Shown here: positions 61,695-64,000 of the stretch, piece after piece
Position numbering within the stretch: position 1 is the first letter of the stretch
How the letters are laid out: each line of letters opens with the position of its first letter
NCBI GenBank assembly: GCA_036676985.1
Contig: JAKFBU010000027.1
Coordinates: 32,001-96,000, forward strand
DNA from: Candidatus Sericytochromatia bacterium
Lineage (GTDB): Bacteria > Cyanobacteriota > Sericytochromatia > S15B-MN24 > UBA4093
Length of the DNA: 64,000 nucleotides
Reading direction: 5' to 3'
Made by a program: the position numbers and the translations under genes
Notes under the pieces: model-generated
Seen by the model: only the letters and a program-made list of their open reading frames with translations
The model's database searches: none
What the model was told of the DNA's origin: nothing

Positions 61695-61724
61695 GTGGCA
61701 GGGGGCGCCGGCGCCCCCTGCCAC
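61695..61724. repeat. perfect 30-bp palindrome after the yceI-like stop
   Basis: gtggcagggggcgccggcgccccctgccac is its own reverse complement. Confidence 0.7.
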
Positions 61725-61731
61725 CGACGCG

Positions 61732-62274
61732 TTACCCGAGCGCTACCGGCGCGTCCTGAAGCACGGCTTCGATTTCCAGTTCGAGCTTCACCTTCTCGCC
61801 GACCAGCACGCCGCCGGTTTCTAGGGCGGCATTCCAGGTCAGGCCGAACTCCTTGCGGTCGATCGTGCCCCGCACCATGAAGCCGGTCCGGGTGGCGCCC
61901 CAGGGGTCCTTGTGGATTCCTGCGTACTCGGCCTCGAGGGTCACCTCGCGGGTCAGGCCGCGGATGGTCAGGTCGCCGCTCACGCGGTAGTTCTCCGCGT
62001 CGCGGCGCTCGATGCGGCGGCTGACGAACGAGATCGTGGGGTACTGCTCCGCGTCGAAGAAATCCGCCGAGCGCAGGTGCTGGTCGCGATTGGCTTCGCG
62101 CGTGTCCAGGCTCGCGACCGCGATCTCGCCCGAGATCGTCGAGCGCGTGAGGTCGCTCGGGTCGATCTCGAGCGTGCCGGAATACTGCTTGAACTCGCCG
62201 CGCACCGTGGCGATCATCATGTGCTTGACGGAGAAGCCGACGTGGGTGTGGGCGCTGTCGATTTGCCAGTTCAT
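61732..62274 (-). CDS. YceI family polyisoprenoid-binding protein
   Basis: WQIDSAHTHVGFSVKHMM, RDQHLRSADFFD, GDLTIRG, FGLTWNAALETGG. Confidence 0.94.
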   Translation of the reverse strand: MNWQIDSAHTHVGFSVKHMMIATVRGEFKQYSGTLEIDPSDLTRSTISGEIAVASLDTREANRDQHLRSADFFDAEQYPTISFVSRRIERRDAENYRVSGDLTIRGLTREVTLEAEYAGIHKDPWGATRTGFMVRGTIDRKEFGLTWNAALETGGVLVGEKVKLELEIEAVLQDAPVALG

Positions 62275-62344
62275 GGGGGGACTTCCTTTCTTCTGAGGCC
62301 CTGGGGCCGCGCCATCGGGGTTTGACGTGATGTGACGCGCTCGC

Positions 62345-63043
62345 CTACGCGAGATCAAAGAGCAGGACTTCGGCATCCGTGGTGGCGACCAGTCGAAGGG
62401 ATGCTTCTTCCTGAATGCGCACGCCGTCGCCCGTCTCGAGGGGTTGACCGTTGAGCTGGAGGCCGCCGCGCGCCACGTGCAGGTAGTACCTGCGGTCGGC
62501 AAGCGGTTGGTACTCGGCCTGCTCGCCCGCTTTCAGCACCCGGGCGTAGAGCCGGGCGTCCTGACGGATCGCCACGGAGCCTTCCGCGCCGTCCGACGAG
62601 GCGAGCAGGCGCCATTGCCCGCGCTTCTCGTCGGCTGCGCAGCGCCGCTGGTCGTAGCGGGGCTTGCTTCCCCGCTCGTTCGGGACGATCCAGATCTGGA
62701 GGAAGTGCACCAGCTCGGACCGGGAATGGTTGAACTCGCTGTGCGTGACGCCGCGCCCGGCGCTCATGTACTGGATGTCGCCGGCTGCGATGACCGATCC
62801 GTTGCCCATCGAGTCCCGGTGTTCGAGCTTGCCGTCCAGGACGTAGGTGAGGATCTCCATGTCCCGGTGGGGGTGGGTGCCGAAGCCCTGTCCGGGCTGC
62901 ACCCGGTCCTCGTTGATGACCCGCAGCGAGGAGAAGCCCATGTGGGCCGGATCGAAGTAACCGGCGAACGAGAAGGTGTGATAGGTATCGAGCCAGCCGT
63001 GATCGGCGTGCCCGCGGTCCTGTCCCGAGCGAAGCGCCAGCAT
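62345..63043 (-). CDS. pirin family protein (YhhW-like)
   Basis: HGWLDTYHTFSFA, LRVINED, GFGTHPHRDMEI, MSAGRGVTHSE. Confidence 0.94.
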   Translation of the reverse strand: MLALRSGQDRGHADHGWLDTYHTFSFAGYFDPAHMGFSSLRVINEDRVQPGQGFGTHPHRDMEILTYVLDGKLEHRDSMGNGSVIAAGDIQYMSAGRGVTHSEFNHSRSELVHFLQIWIVPNERGSKPRYDQRRCAADEKRGQWRLLASSDGAEGSVAIRQDARLYARVLKAGEQAEYQPLADRRYYLHVARGGLQLNGQPLETGDGVRIQEEASLRLVATTDAEVLLFDLA

Positions 63044-63112
63044 GGGGAGTCCTCCTTTGCGGCTTGGGTGGCCGTTGCGCCTCGACCGAGCGCGTGGCGA
63101 GCCGGCAATTGC

Positions 63113-63262
63113 GTCTACGTAGTCACAATATAGGTCTAGTTAGTCCTATTGTCAAGGGCCCTTTCGTTCCGACGCGCGCCGGGGAAAGGGCCTCCGGGCG
63201 CGTCTCTCGCTCTCTTCTTGCGTCGGGGGGGGCGGCTTCGATAGATTTATGTCTACTTAGTC
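63113..63262. promoter_or_regulatory. three operator copies GTCTA-NN-TAGTC (63113, 63134, 63251)
   Basis: gtctacgtagtc, gtctagttagtc, gtctacttagtc, each with palindromic flanks. Confidence 0.65.
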
Positions 63263-63311
63263 ATAGTTGCGGCCATCGGGCCAAATCGTCATGGCGACGG
63301 GAGGGACACGG

Positions 63312-64000
63312 ATGAAGCAGCAGCATACGCTGAACAGGTCAGAAGCAGCCTCGAGCGCCGAGAGCGTGATCTTCTGGCGCTCGCCGGATGGCGAAAGCCT
63401 GGGCGACGGGCTGTTCCGGGGGGTCATGGAGAGCGCGCCGGACGCGATTCACGTCCATGACCGGGAGGGCCGGTTCGTGGATGTGAACGATACGGCATGC
63501 CGCTCGCTTGGCTATCGCCGAGATGAGCTCTTGACCATGTCCGTCTTCGACATCGAGGTGGGGCTTGCCTCCGAGCAGCTGCAGGCGGTTTGGGAGCGCG
63601 CCTGGCGGGGTGACCTGGTGACGGTGGAGGGCTGCGAACGCCGCAAGGACGGCACCATCTTGCGCGTCGAGGTCCGCATCAGCCGGCTCCGGCACGGCCG
63701 TCAGACCTACTTGACCGCGTTTATCCGTGACATCGGCGTCGGAAAGGGGGCGTTCGAAGAAGCGAGCGAGCTGGACGGCGCCGCCTGCCGAAGCGTCGAG
63801 CACGAGCCGGCCATGGAGCTGCATCGGCTCAAGGACCACTTCCTCTCCACCCTCTCGCACGAGCTGAAGACGCCGCTTTCCATGGTCAGCGGCTACCTCG
63901 AGCTCTTGGAAGACTTCGGCCCGACGGACGCGTATGTCGCCGGCATCAAGGACGGGACGCGCCGCTTGCGGGCGCATGTCGAACGCATGATCGATTACAG
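63312..64000 (+). CDS. cytoplasmic PAS histidine kinase; 3'-truncated by window edge and absent from the ORF track
   Basis: GGAGG RBS; MESAPDAIHVHDREGRFVDVNDTACRSLGY...RRKDG PAS; LKDHFLSTLSHELKTPL. Confidence 0.88.
   Translation, partial: MKQQHTLNRSEAASSAESVIFWRSPDGESLGDGLFRGVMESAPDAIHVHDREGRFVDVNDTACRSLGYRRDELLTMSVFDIEVGLASEQLQAVWERAWRGDLVTVEGCERRKDGTILRVEVRISRLRHGRQTYLTAFIRDIGVGKGAFEEASELDGAACRSVEHEPAMELHRLKDHFLSTLSHELKTPLSMVSGYLELLEDFGPTDAYVAGIKDGTRRLRAHVERMIDY

Overview
GC-rich (roughly 68-70% by eye), gene-dense bacterial chromosome segment. I see no rRNA, tRNA, CRISPR array or intact mobile element. The host is inferred, not shown: a cyanobacterial/plastid-type FNR ending WHVETY, no photosynthesis genes and paralogous orphan His-kinases would fit a non-photosynthetic cyanobacterial relative such as Sericytochromatia. 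Blocks in order: (1) 2.3-25 kb low-oxygen redox neighbourhood with a three-gene transhydrogenase, nifJ-type PFOR, petH-type FNR, ferredoxin, methionine gamma-lyase-like enzyme, a pncB pseudogene, MobA, a selenocysteine formate dehydrogenase that the ORF track splits at its Sec UGA, a MobB-like NTPase, a two-component system, a multiheme lipoprotein and PEP carboxylase. (2) 25.4-35 kb, the standout: a divergent seven-gene cluster that looks like a eukaryote (peroxisomal)-type ether-phospholipid pathway. One arm has an animal-like AGPS, a fused fatty-acyl reductase/DHAP acyltransferase (FARAT-like) and an extended SDR; the other has CdsA, a CDP-alcohol phosphatidyltransferase, an MFS-like protein and a membrane desaturase. 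(3) 35-52 kb: HxlR stress module, P450, UvrA-like ABC protein, subtilase, RapA, an orphan diiron protein, sugar ABC genes and an ADH. (4) 52-64 kb: a chimeric solute-binding-protein/His-kinase pseudogene, MarR modules with readable operators, PAS kinases, an MCP-like protein, YceI and pirin. All calls come from motif recognition; no database searches were run.
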